From positions 1,184,001 to 1,248,000 of the forward strand of contig OY729426.1 in the NCBI GenBank assembly GCA_963422365.1: 64,000 nt of DNA, in the 5' to 3' direction. The DNA is from Nitrospirales bacterium. GTDB taxonomy: Bacteria; Nitrospirota; Nitrospiria; Nitrospirales; UBA8639. The notes beneath the pieces are model-generated. The model saw only the letters and a program-made list of their open reading frames with translations. It was not told the DNA's origin and searched no databases. This document shows, in pieces, positions 50,392-59,892 of the stretch; positions within the stretch are counted from its first letter, which is position 1; every line of letters starts with the position of its first letter. The translations under genes were made by a program, and so were the position numbers.

Positions 50392-50955
50392 GTGGCCTCG
50401 CTAAGTTTCAGCGTGAAAGAAATTCCTCTGGAAGGCACACGTATTACCTGTGTCGTCGGGAGAGAGGAACTGCAGTTAGAGGAGAAAGATCCAGGGATAC
50501 AAGGCGTGCTCGCCTTGACGGCGACCATTCGTGCCGAGGATTCAACCTTCTGGGTGGAAGGCGAACTTAACGGCCTACTGGTGCACGAATGCGTGCGTTG
50601 TTTAGAAGAGTTTACAATGCCCGCTGCCCTTTCGTTTCGGGCTCTGTACAAAGACCTGAGTCGTCGGCGACCTAAAGGACAAGAGGCGGATGCTGTTCCG
50701 GAGGATTCAGATCGTGAAGAGACGGAGTTCTATCCCGTGGTCGAGCAGCAGATTGAATTACAAGAAGTGCTTCGTGAACAACTCATTTTGTCCATCCCGA
50801 TGCAACCCCTCTGTTCAGATGGCTGTCAAGGGTTATGTCAGGTGTGTGGACAAAATCTGAATGTGCAGACGTGCGGGTGCGAAGAAGTCAAAACGGCGTC
50901 TCCCTTTGCGGTCTTGCAAGAGGCATTCAAACTCTCACAAAAACCGTCGGCGTAA
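50392..50955 (+). CDS. yceD: DUF177/YceD family protein
   Basis: CVRCL and PLCSDGCQGLCQVCG..C.C; upstream of rpmF. Confidence 0.9.
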   Translation: MASLSFSVKEIPLEGTRITCVVGREELQLEEKDPGIQGVLALTATIRAEDSTFWVEGELNGLLVHECVRCLEEFTMPAALSFRALYKDLSRRRPKGQEADAVPEDSDREETEFYPVVEQQIELQEVLREQLILSIPMQPLCSDGCQGLCQVCGQNLNVQTCGCEEVKTASPFAVLQEAFKLSQKPSA

Positions 50956-51011
50956 CGGCAGGGGTTAGGGTAGACGAGCGCAGGTCGTTTCTGTGAGGTG
51001 AGGAGAGAACA

Positions 51012-51194
51012 ATGGCAAACCCCAAACATCGACATTCCAAGTCTAGGCGGGATAAACGGCGCACGCACAAGAAACTTGGCCTTCCGAGTTTTTCCATTTG
51101 TCCTCAATGTCACGAACGAATGTTACCTCATCGGACCTGCCTGTCGTGCGGTTACTACAAGCGCATGGCGATCATCGCGATTCAAGAAAGTTAA
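51012..51194 (+). CDS. rpmF: 50S ribosomal protein L32
   Basis: MANPKHRHSKSRRDKRR, CPQC...HRTCLSCGYY. Confidence 0.97.
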   Translation: MANPKHRHSKSRRDKRRTHKKLGLPSFSICPQCHERMLPHRTCLSCGYYKRMAIIAIQES

Positions 51195-51331
51195 GGAACC
51201 TCTGCTTTATGGTGAGAGCGGCTGCAGGGCAAGGCGTCCCGCAGTGAACCTCGAGACCTGTCAACAAGTCGAGGGGTGAGCGAGGACACCACTCCACCAT
51301 GCGCCTGATCGTGCAATAAATCAGAGGTTCC
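51195..51331. mobile_element. 137-bp MITE-like element with IS5-type terminal inverted repeats
   Basis: GGAACCTCTGCTTTAT / ATAAATCAGAGGTTCC (15/16 complementary), flanked by TTAA and CTAA; no transposase. Confidence 0.65.
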
Positions 51332-51381
51332 CTAAGATGTTCTTATCTCTACCCTCCCAATTGGAGACTTAAGTACGATCC

Positions 51382-52413
51382 ATGAAAATTGCTCTTGATG
51401 CCATGGGCGGGGATCACGGATTGGCCCCCATCGTCGAAGGTGCCATGCAAGCGTTCCAAGAGCTTGACGTCGAATTAATCCTCGTGGGTCACGAAGACCA
51501 ACTCCGAGCAGAGCTGGATCGTATCAAGTGCACGGATCCCCGTTTGACGATCCACCATGCCTCCCAAACGGTCGACATGCATGAATCTCCTGCTCAAATT
51601 GCCAGGAAAAAACGCGACTCGTCGATTTGGGTTGCGACCAATTTGGTCAAGACTGAGGAAGCCCAGGCGGTGGTGAGTGCCGGCAACACGGGCGCCACCA
51701 TGGTTTCAGCCTTTTTTCTTCTGGGAACCATAAAGGAGGTTGAGCGACCGGCAATTGCGGCAACCTTGCCGACCTTACAGGGGACGGCCATCATGCTGGA
51801 TGTCGGGGCCACGGTCGATTGTTCCGCCCAGCAATTGTATCAGTTCGCCATTATGGGCCATGAGTATGCCAAACACCTCATGGAAATCGCGCATCCTCGT
51901 GTTGGACTCCTCAGTATTGGAGAGGAAGCGACTAAAGGCAATGAAGTGACGAAAGAAGCCTTCCGTCTGCTCAAGGGAAGTTCCTTAAACTTTATTGGGA
52001 ACGTCGAAGGTCGGGATGTCTATAGCGGGACCGCTGATGTCATCGTGTGCGATGGCTTTCTGGGCAACGTGTCGCTGAAAATCTCTGAAGGTTTGGCCGA
52101 GGCCATGAAAAAAATACTGATGAGTGAGGTCATGAATGCCACGTTGGGACGCTTGGCGTTGGCCTTTGTCGCCGGACCACTCATCCGACTCAAAAGACGA
52201 ATGGATTACGCCGAATTTGGTGGAGCTCCGCTCTTGGGCGTGAATGGGGTCTGCATGATTTGCCATGGACGGTCCTCGGCGAAGGCCATTAAAAATGCCA
52301 TCAGGCGGGCAGACGCGTTAGCCAAAGGCCGACTGAACGATCTGATCCAGCGTGATATCGCTGAAAGTCTAACCTCACCGGTGGTTTCTAGCCCTCAAAT
52401 GGCCTGTGAATGA
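51382..52413 (+). CDS. plsX: Phosphate acyltransferase PlsX
   Basis: IALDAMGGD, SAGNTGA, GNVEG, DGFLGN, HGRS. Confidence 0.97.
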   Translation: MKIALDAMGGDHGLAPIVEGAMQAFQELDVELILVGHEDQLRAELDRIKCTDPRLTIHHASQTVDMHESPAQIARKKRDSSIWVATNLVKTEEAQAVVSAGNTGATMVSAFFLLGTIKEVERPAIAATLPTLQGTAIMLDVGATVDCSAQQLYQFAIMGHEYAKHLMEIAHPRVGLLSIGEEATKGNEVTKEAFRLLKGSSLNFIGNVEGRDVYSGTADVIVCDGFLGNVSLKISEGLAEAMKKILMSEVMNATLGRLALAFVAGPLIRLKRRMDYAEFGGAPLLGVNGVCMICHGRSSAKAIKNAIRRADALAKGRLNDLIQRDIAESLTSPVVSSPQMACE

Positions 52414-53384
52414 GAAGTCGGATACTGGGGACGGGGTCCTTTGCTCCCAAACAGGTCTTGACCAATGCCGACCTCGAAAAAATCGTGGAGACGTCAGATA
52501 CTTGGATCGTGGAACGCACGGGCATTCGCGAGCGTCGTATGGCTGCCGCCGGCGAAGCCTGTTCGGACCTCGGGGTTCTTGCGGCGCAGCAGGCGTTGGC
52601 AGACGCGAACATTCAGGCCGCTCAACTTGATCTGATTTTAGTGGCCACCTGTACTGGGGATTCTCCTCTTCCTTCTACCGCATCCTTCATTCAGCATCGT
52701 CTTGGTGCCGTGAAGGCCTCGGCCTGCGATATTTCGGCGGCGTGCTGCGGGTTTGTGTATGCCCTGTCAGTGGGCGATGCCTTTGTTCGGACGGGGTATC
52801 GCTATGTCTTGGTCATCGGGTCGGAAGTGATGTCTTCCATCACGGATTGGACGGATCGTACCACCTGCGTCCTCTTTGGGGATGGAGCAGGAGCTGTTGT
52901 GCTGGGTTCCACAGAAGAAGACAGGGGCATCCTTTCACTGCATTTACACGCGGATGGTCGGTTCTCCGATTTGATTTGCGTGCCGGGCGGCGGATCGAGT
53001 ATCCCTCCTTCGGAAAGCATGGTGGCCCAACGTCTGCATTGTGTCAAAATGCGTGGCAATGAGACATTTAAGATTGCCGTCAAAACCATGGAAGAGGCCA
53101 TACAAGAGGCCATTGCGGCGCATGGGTTTGGCATTGACGACATTGATTGGTTGATTCCCCACCAAGCCAACATGCGAATTTTAAAGGCAGTGGGACAACG
53201 CGTAGGGGTGCCCCTCGACCGGATTGTGATCAACGTAGACCGGTTTGGCAATACCTCTGCCGCATCAATCCCGTTGGCATTGGATGAAGCCGTCAAAAAC
53301 GGAACAATTCAAGAGGGGAATGTCGTTGTGATGGCGGCGTTTGGGGCAGGTCTCACTTGGGCCTCTGGAGTCATGCGATGGTAG
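52410..53384 (+). CDS. fabH: Beta-ketoacyl-ACP synthase III
   Basis: AACCGF, PHQAN, GNTSAAS, FGAG. Confidence 0.97.
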   Translation: MRSRILGTGSFAPKQVLTNADLEKIVETSDTWIVERTGIRERRMAAAGEACSDLGVLAAQQALADANIQAAQLDLILVATCTGDSPLPSTASFIQHRLGAVKASACDISAACCGFVYALSVGDAFVRTGYRYVLVIGSEVMSSITDWTDRTTCVLFGDGAGAVVLGSTEEDRGILSLHLHADGRFSDLICVPGGGSSIPPSESMVAQRLHCVKMRGNETFKIAVKTMEEAIQEAIAAHGFGIDDIDWLIPHQANMRILKAVGQRVGVPLDRIVINVDRFGNTSAASIPLALDEAVKNGTIQEGNVVVMAAFGAGLTWASGVMRW

Positions 53385-53396
53385 AAAGGATGAAGA

Positions 53397-54212
53397 ATGG
53401 CTACGGATGATAGACCCTTGGAAGGACAATGGGCATTAATCTTAGGAGCATCAAGCGGATTTGGCAGGGCCGTCGCCTTGGAGTTGGCAGCTCTTGGTGT
53501 GAATATTGTTGGGGTGCATTTGGACCGAAAATCCACACTCCCCAATGTGGAACGTCTTATTGAAGACATTCACGCCCGTGGCCGTGAGGCGCTCTTTTTT
53601 AATGTCAATGCGGCCGATGCGGAGAAGCGTCGGGAGGTCATCGACGCGCTTCGAGTGAAATGCCAAGCGCAAGGTGACCCGGCGACAATTCGAGTCCTGC
53701 TCCATTCCTTGGCGTTTGGAACGCTGAAACGGTTCGTCACCGAAACGCGTGCCGATGCCGTGAGTAAAGCGCAGGTCGATATGACCCTCGACGTCATGGC
53801 GAACAGTTTGGTGTATTGGGTGCAGGATTTACTCGCGGAAGGACTCATGGGAAACGGCGGAAGAATTTTTGCGATGACCAGTGCGGGAGGCGCGAGGGTG
53901 TGGCCCACCTATGGAGCGGTGTCCGCCGCGAAAGCGGCCTTAGAGTCTCATATTCGTCAGCTCACACTCGAATTAGCCCCCCTGGGGATTACGGCGAACG
54001 CGATCATGGCGGGAGTCACCGATACTCCGGCCCTACGGAAAATTCCAGGTTCCGATGAAATGCTCAATTGGGCTCAACGGAAAAATCCATCAGGCCGATT
54101 AACCACTCCCCAAGATATTGCGGACACCATCGGATTGCTGAGCCATCCGAAGTCTCATTGGTTAACCGGAAATGTGATTTGTGTTGATGGAGGAGAGTTT
54201 ATCGTTGACTAA
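53397..54212 (+). CDS. SDR oxidoreductase, FabL/FabI-like enoyl-ACP reductase
   Basis: GASSGFG, YGAVSAAK (YxxxxxxK), location inside the fab cluster. Confidence 0.75.
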   Translation: MATDDRPLEGQWALILGASSGFGRAVALELAALGVNIVGVHLDRKSTLPNVERLIEDIHARGREALFFNVNAADAEKRREVIDALRVKCQAQGDPATIRVLLHSLAFGTLKRFVTETRADAVSKAQVDMTLDVMANSLVYWVQDLLAEGLMGNGGRIFAMTSAGGARVWPTYGAVSAAKAALESHIRQLTLELAPLGITANAIMAGVTDTPALRKIPGSDEMLNWAQRKNPSGRLTTPQDIADTIGLLSHPKSHWLTGNVICVDGGEFIVD

Positions 54213-54293
54213 CCAACGCTTGGAAGCGGTTCACGCCCACAGGCATTTTTACACGTTGACTTTCTCGACGGTTTCACTCATACCTTAGTGCCT

Positions 54294-55229
54294 ATGTCTG
54301 GCTCAATCGCATTCCTCTTTCCTGGCCAAGGCTCACAAGTCGTAGGGATGGGGCGAGCGTGGTGCGAGGCGCATCCTGAACTCATGGCCTTGTTTGACGA
54401 GGCCAACTCGATTCTGGGATATGACCTTCAGACATTATGTTTTGAAGGGCCGGCGGAACAACTCAATCGAACGGAATACACCCAACTCGCGTTGTTGGTG
54501 ACGAGCCTCATCGCGTGGCGGGCCGTTGATTCACAAATCTACCCATCTGCCGTGGCAGGTCATAGTTTGGGCGAATATTCGGCCCTCGTTGCCGCCGATG
54601 GTCTGTCTTTTCCTGATGCCGTGGAGTTGGTGCGCAAACGGGCACAATACATGGCAGAGGCGGTCCCTTCAGGGAGCGGGCTTGTGGCGGCGATACTGGG
54701 GTTGGCCGGAGAGGTGGTTGAAGAAATTTGTCAGGTAGCGCAATCCGTGGGAGTCGTCGCGGCAGCCAATTTTAACGCGCCTGGCCAAGTTGTGATTGCG
54801 GGCGAAAAAGCTGCTGTTGAACGCACAATTGAATTAGCCAAATCCCAAGGGTGTCGACGAGCCGTTCCCTTACCCGTCAGCGTGCCGGTTCATTCATCTT
54901 TGATGCAACCTGCCGCGGATCGTCTGGCTCCCCACGTTCATGCGGTGTCGCTTTCCGATTTGACCGTCCCACTCTTTAATAATGCCGATGCATACCCGTT
55001 AGTCCGCGCTGAGGATGTCCGCCAGTCTTTGATTCGCCAGTTACCCTCCTCCGTGTTATGGGAGCAGACCCTTCACGCGATGTGGAAGAGTGGCATTCGG
55101 ACGTTTATTGAAATTGGTCCGGGGACGGTCTTGACCGGGCTCGCCAAACGGATTGTGCCGGAGGCGGAATTACTCAACATTCAAGATCCTGATTCTTTGG
55201 AAAAGACCTTGACGACAATACGTCATTGA
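54294..55229 (+). CDS. fabD: Malonyl-CoA:ACP transacylase
   Basis: FPGQGSQ, GHSLGEY, EIGPG. Confidence 0.97.
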   Translation: MSGSIAFLFPGQGSQVVGMGRAWCEAHPELMALFDEANSILGYDLQTLCFEGPAEQLNRTEYTQLALLVTSLIAWRAVDSQIYPSAVAGHSLGEYSALVAADGLSFPDAVELVRKRAQYMAEAVPSGSGLVAAILGLAGEVVEEICQVAQSVGVVAAANFNAPGQVVIAGEKAAVERTIELAKSQGCRRAVPLPVSVPVHSSLMQPAADRLAPHVHAVSLSDLTVPLFNNADAYPLVRAEDVRQSLIRQLPSSVLWEQTLHAMWKSGIRTFIEIGPGTVLTGLAKRIVPEAELLNIQDPDSLEKTLTTIRH

Positions 55230-55270
55230 GGGTAAGACGCAGTTCCCAAAATACACAAAGCGAGGGAAGC

Positions 55271-56011
55271 GTGCTAGAAGGGAAAAAAGCCGTTGTGACG
55301 GGGGCGGCTCAAGGAATAGGGCAGGCCATTGCGGAATGTTTGGCGAAGGCTGGGGCTGACGTGGCCGTGGTTGATCTTGAGGCCGCTCGATGTGCCGACA
55401 CGGTGCAATTGGTGGAACGGCAGCAGTGTCAAGGGCTGGCGTTATCGGCCAATGTAGGGCAGTGGGAAACCGTCAAAGGGATGGTTGATCGCGTCGTAAA
55501 AGAATGGGGCCGCGTGGACGTGCTGGTCAATAATGCGGGTATTACCCGTGATGGATTGATTGTTCGTCTGAAGGAAGAAGATTGGAACGCCGTTCTTCAA
55601 GTCAATCTCACCGGGACGTTTTATTGCACCAAGGCGGTTCTGGGTCCTATGGCCAAACAGCGGTATGGCCGGATCATTAATATGTCCTCGATTGTGGGGG
55701 CTATAGGGAATGCGGGACAGGCGAACTATGCTGCGTCGAAAGCCGCGGTTCTTGGGCTCACCAAATCAGTCGCTCGGGAATATGCGAGTCGGAATATCAC
55801 GGTGAATGCGGTGGCTCCGGGTTTTATCGACACGGCGATGACCCGGACCTTGAACCAAGAAGTCAAGGACACGCTGTTGCAACAGATTCCTCTTGGTCGA
55901 TTAGGCCAACCCGCAGAGGTGGCGGCGGCTGTCCGCTTTTTGGCATCAGATGCGGCGGGGTATATCACTGGCCAAGTCTTTCACGTCAATGGCGGGATGC
56001 ATATGGCGTAA
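55271..56011 (+). CDS. fabG: 3-oxoacyl-ACP reductase
   Basis: TGAAQGIG, NNAGITRD, GQANYAASK. Confidence 0.96.
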   Translation: MLEGKKAVVTGAAQGIGQAIAECLAKAGADVAVVDLEAARCADTVQLVERQQCQGLALSANVGQWETVKGMVDRVVKEWGRVDVLVNNAGITRDGLIVRLKEEDWNAVLQVNLTGTFYCTKAVLGPMAKQRYGRIINMSSIVGAIGNAGQANYAASKAAVLGLTKSVAREYASRNITVNAVAPGFIDTAMTRTLNQEVKDTLLQQIPLGRLGQPAEVAAAVRFLASDAAGYITGQVFHVNGGMHMA

Positions 56012-56063
56012 CATGAGGAATGGCTCATTCTGAGGCATTTATTAACAGGAGGTGCGAAGGTCG

Positions 56064-56294
56064 ATGACCGTTGAAGAACGCATTAAAAAGATCATTGCAG
56101 AACAATTAGGAGTGGAAGAAGATGACGTCGTACCCGAAGCATCCTTTGTCGAGGATTTAGGGGCCGACTCCTTGGATACGGTTGAACTGGTGATGGCGCT
56201 TGAAGAAGAATTTGATGTGGAAATTCCTGATGAAGATGCGGAAAAGATTCAAAAGGTTTCCCAAGCCACTGAGTATATCAAAGAAAAAACCTGA
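56064..56294 (+). CDS. acpP: Acyl carrier protein
   Basis: [20 protein letters not shown]. Confidence 0.98.
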   Translation: MTVEERIKKIIAEQLGVEEDDVVPEASFVEDLGADSLDTVELVMALEEEFDVEIPDEDAEKIQKVSQATEYIKEKT

Positions 56295-56313
56295 GCTGTT
56301 CTGAACGGTTTTC

Positions 56314-57579
56314 ATGCCCGAGTACTCCCCCCGTCGTCGCGTTGTGATAACCGGCTTGGGAGTTGTGACTCCCTTGGGCATCGGTGTCGACAAAACCTGG
56401 CGAGCGCTTCTTGTCGGTCAGTCGGGAATTGGCCCGATCACCCGATTTGATGCGTCCGACTATTCCTGCCAAATTGCGGCTGAAGTAAAGGACTTCGATC
56501 CAGCCGATTACATCGAAAAAAAAGAAATCAAAAAAATGGATACGTTCATCCAGTATGCGATGGCGGCGAGCCAAGAGGCGGTGGATGACGCTGGATTAGA
56601 CATTACCCCCGAAACCGCTGAACGGGTTGGGGTGTATATTGGGGCGGGCATTGGTGGTCTTCCAGGCATTGAGCAGTATCACAAGGTTCTCCAGGAAAAG
56701 GGTCCCGGGCGAGTCAGTCCGTTTTTCATCCCGATGGTCATCGTGAATTTGGCCTCAGGTCAGGTCGCGATCAGGTTTGGAGCCAAGGGCCCCAATTCGT
56801 GTGCCGTGACGGCCTGTGCCACGGGGAATCACTGCATCGGAGATGCCTCCCGGATTATTCAACGTGGCGAAGCGGATGTCATGTTAGCAGGCGGAACCGA
56901 ATCGACGATTTGTCCGTTAGCCATTGCGGGATTTGGCGCGGCCAAAGCCTTATCGCGTCGGAATGATGATCCAGAACATGCGAGTCGTCCGTTTGATCGT
57001 GATCGGGATGGATTTGTGATTGGAGAAGGAGCTGGCGTGGTGGTGTTGGAAGCGTTAGAGCATGCGCAACGTCGCGGTGTCAGAATGTACGGAGAACTTG
57101 CCGGCTATGCGATGACCAGTGATGCCTTTCATATCACGGCTCCTCCGGATGACGGCGCCGGGGCTGTCGATTGTATGGAAAAAGCCCTTCGCGATGCGGG
57201 GATACCTAAAACGACCATTGGGTATGTTAATGCGCATGCGACCTCTACCTTTGCGGATAGAGTTGAAACGCAAGCCATCAAAACCGTGTTTGGAAATCAT
57301 GCCGATCAACTTCCTGTGAGCTCCACGAAATCCATGGTCGGTCATTTGTTGGGGGCTGCTGGTGGAGTCGAGGCGGTGTTTACCAGCCTGGCGCTCTATC
57401 ATGGAGTCCTGCCGCCTACGATGAATTTAGAGAATCCTGATCCCGACTGTGACCTTGATTATATTCCCGGACAAGCCCGTCCGGTCCCGGTCGAGGCCGC
57501 ACTGTCGAATGCCTTTGGCTTTGGTGGCGTGAATGCCTGCCTGGTCCTCACGTCTACACAAGGGAGGCATGAAGTTTAA
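56314..57579 (+). CDS. fabF: Beta-ketoacyl-ACP synthase II
   Basis: TACATG, NAHATST, GHLLGAAG, FGFGG. Confidence 0.97.
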   Translation: MPEYSPRRRVVITGLGVVTPLGIGVDKTWRALLVGQSGIGPITRFDASDYSCQIAAEVKDFDPADYIEKKEIKKMDTFIQYAMAASQEAVDDAGLDITPETAERVGVYIGAGIGGLPGIEQYHKVLQEKGPGRVSPFFIPMVIVNLASGQVAIRFGAKGPNSCAVTACATGNHCIGDASRIIQRGEADVMLAGGTESTICPLAIAGFGAAKALSRRNDDPEHASRPFDRDRDGFVIGEGAGVVVLEALEHAQRRGVRMYGELAGYAMTSDAFHITAPPDDGAGAVDCMEKALRDAGIPKTTIGYVNAHATSTFADRVETQAIKTVFGNHADQLPVSSTKSMVGHLLGAAGGVEAVFTSLALYHGVLPPTMNLENPDPDCDLDYIPGQARPVPVEAALSNAFGFGGVNACLVLTSTQGRHEV

Positions 57580-57583
57580 ATTC

Positions 57584-57690
57584 TCCCCTGTCAAGAATCT
57601 GCCGAATGTTCCTGTTTTCTGCCGAGTCGACGTCGTTGATGAACAGGTGTGCCGGTGGTAGGTCAGGAAGTGCGGAATTCGCACAGGGGA
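57584..57690 (+). promoter_or_regulatory. Long irregular hairpin in the rnc leader, candidate RNase III autoregulatory site
   Basis: Nested pairs TCCCCTGT/ACAGGGGA, GAATCTGC/GCGGAATTC, TTCCTG/CAGGAA, CTGCC/GGTAG. Confidence 0.5.
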
Positions 57691-57758
57691 TCACGTGAGC
57701 GCCGGAAACAGGCATGCCACTCCGGACGCAACCGAACACCCGGGAACGGAACAAGGGC

Positions 57759-58475
57759 ATGAGTGTGTTCAACAAAGCTCAGCGGCTACTGCGGTATCAT
57801 TTTCACAAGCCGGGTTTATTGGAAGAGGCTTTGACGCATCGTTCTCATTTTCAAGGGACGCCCTCCACGACAGACAAACAGAATGAACGCCTTGAGTTTT
57901 TGGGCGATGCGGTGTTGGGGCTGATTGTGAGTGAGTATGTAGCGGAAACCTTTCCTGAGTTGGCCGAGGGGGAATTGTCACAGATACGAGCTCGACTCGT
58001 CGGACGGACGACGCTGGCAGACGCCGCTCGGCGATTGGGCCTTGGCCAATTTCTCCGATTAGGCCGGGGAGAAGAATGCACCAAAGGCAGAGAGAAGAGT
58101 TCCCTCTTAGCAAACGCATTGGAGGCCGTTATTGCGGCTATTTACTTGGACGGGGGGGTGGTGGCGGCACGAACGTTTGCGTTACAGGTGCTGGAGATCC
58201 AACTTGGAGAATTGCACCAGGATGATCTCGCGGCTTTCAGGCAAGATTATAAAAGTCAATTGCAGGAATGGTGTCAACGGCACGTTCGTGTTCTGCCGGT
58301 GTATACCGTGATTGAAGCATCAGGCCCAGATCACCAAAAAACATTTGCAGTGACTGTTGAAATTGAACAAAAATGGTACGGAAGTGGGAGGGGATGCAGT
58401 AAGAAAATTGCGGAACAGCAAGCAGCTAAACAGGCGGTCGAACAGCTCCGCCCAGACGCGATCGACGTGATTTAA
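57759..58475 (+). CDS. rnc: Ribonuclease III
   Basis: NERLEFLGDAVL, dsRBD DYKSQLQE...GPDH...SKKIAEQ. Confidence 0.97.
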   Translation: MSVFNKAQRLLRYHFHKPGLLEEALTHRSHFQGTPSTTDKQNERLEFLGDAVLGLIVSEYVAETFPELAEGELSQIRARLVGRTTLADAARRLGLGQFLRLGRGEECTKGREKSSLLANALEAVIAAIYLDGGVVAARTFALQVLEIQLGELHQDDLAAFRQDYKSQLQEWCQRHVRVLPVYTVIEASGPDHQKTFAVTVEIEQKWYGSGRGCSKKIAEQQAAKQAVEQLRPDAIDVI

Positions 58476-58519
58476 TATGGTATCATTTTATAAGAAAAAC
58501 AATGAGGGAGGATGAAGTC

Positions 58520-59146
58520 ATGATGGCATTGTGTGCAGTAAGGAAAATCCTGTGGGTCGTGGGAGTCGCCACTTTCCTGGCGGGAGTCGTCAACGTGGGC
58601 GGGGCATGGGCTCATCCCCACCCTTCTCCAGAAGGGAGAACCCTGATGAAAGTCGTTGCGGATGGCAAGGCGCCTCGTGCGATCATCACAACTAAATTTG
58701 GTGAAATGGAACTGGTCTTTTTCCAGGAATTGGCGCCCAAGCACGTGGAAAGTTTTTTAAATTTAGCCCAAAATGGGTTTTATAACGGGACGCTCTTTCA
58801 CCGGGTGATTCCTGGATTTATGATTCAAGGTGGTGACCCCTACACCAAAGACCCGAGTAAGCGACAGTACTATGGAACGGGAGACCCCGGGTATACCTTG
58901 CCGGCCGAGTTTAACAGGATTCCTCATGAACGGGGCATTGTATCTGCGGCCCGAAGTGCTGATCCCAATAGCGCAGGCTCTCAGTTTTTCATCATGGTGG
59001 ACAAAGCCCCAAATTTGGACGGTCAGTACACGGTGTTTGGAGAAGTCGTGAAGGGCATGGAGGTAGCCGACAAAATCGTGCGGCAACCACGAGACTCCAG
59101 AGATAATCCCCTTCAACGCATCGAAATAACCGTCGAGGTCAAATAA
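58520..59146 (+). CDS. Cyclophilin-type peptidyl-prolyl isomerase with signal peptide
   Basis: FHRVIPGFMIQGGDP, SAGSQFFI, YTVFG. Confidence 0.95.
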   Translation: MMALCAVRKILWVVGVATFLAGVVNVGGAWAHPHPSPEGRTLMKVVADGKAPRAIITTKFGEMELVFFQELAPKHVESFLNLAQNGFYNGTLFHRVIPGFMIQGGDPYTKDPSKRQYYGTGDPGYTLPAEFNRIPHERGIVSAARSADPNSAGSQFFIMVDKAPNLDGQYTVFGEVVKGMEVADKIVRQPRDSRDNPLQRIEITVEVK

Positions 59147-59197
59147 GGCAAGGCGCCACCTTCTGGTCGGCTAAGGTTTTGTTTCTAAGGAAAGACC

Positions 59198-59239
59198 ATG
59201 AGGCCTGTTCCTGTCTCCCGAACAGGGATGCGGTCCTAT
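59198..59239 (-). repeat. REP-like hairpin between convergent genes
   Basis: ATGAGGCCTGTTCCTGTCTCCCGAACAGGGATGCGGTCCTAT, homologous to 18107-18147 and 46586-46612. Confidence 0.55.
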
Positions 59240-59892
59240 AGAGCCGGCTGCTCTTTCATTTTGGTGCCGCTCGGAAGGATAATGCGTCCACCTGTTGTGC
59301 CGAGCTTCGTCAGCTGTTCGGCGACCTCAGGGTGACGACTCTTGAGGAAACCGATCAGCCCATTCAGAAAACGATTGGAACGAAGCCTGTTTCCCGAAAA
59401 CTCGGTAATAAATATCAGGCCACGGTCCAGCACCTGACTTACAAGTTGGGTATCGGGTTTTTCTCCCTCCATAAAGGCGTGATATTCTTTCTTGAGGGTT
59501 TCGGTAAAGGGCGGATCCATACCTTCAGGCACGTGGATCGGACTAAATGATCGACGCAACGTCTGGATTGCCGCAATGACCTCTCCATCCTGTGCATGGC
59601 TCCGTGATTGGAAATGCTTAAACGTCACGGCTTCGAGAAAGTAAAATACCTCCGCAGCCCGGTCTCCCCATTTTTCGAGAAGTTCCTGGTAGAGGGTGCG
59701 TCGTTCCTGTTCAAACTGATCGCCGACACGTTTTTGTTGGTAATCCACATTTATATCCAGATAGACGCAATCGGAATGGCATGCGATACTGACCACGCGG
59801 TGCGTTCCACAGCATTGGCTGCAAATGGCACCGCGTAACGCCGGGCAGGGACGCTTTCCTTTTCGTTCATGGCAGTAGATGCATTTGCTCAT
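59236..59892 (-). CDS. Hypothetical protein with Cys-rich metal-binding N-terminus
   Basis: MSKCIYC...CP...CSQCC...CHSDC (8 Cys in the first 42 aa). Confidence 0.75.
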   Translation of the reverse strand: MSKCIYCHERKGKRPCPALRGAICSQCCGTHRVVSIACHSDCVYLDINVDYQQKRVGDQFEQERRTLYQELLEKWGDRAAEVFYFLEAVTFKHFQSRSHAQDGEVIAAIQTLRRSFSPIHVPEGMDPPFTETLKKEYHAFMEGEKPDTQLVSQVLDRGLIFITEFSGNRLRSNRFLNGLIGFLKSRHPEVAEQLTKLGTTGGRIILPSGTKMKEQPAL

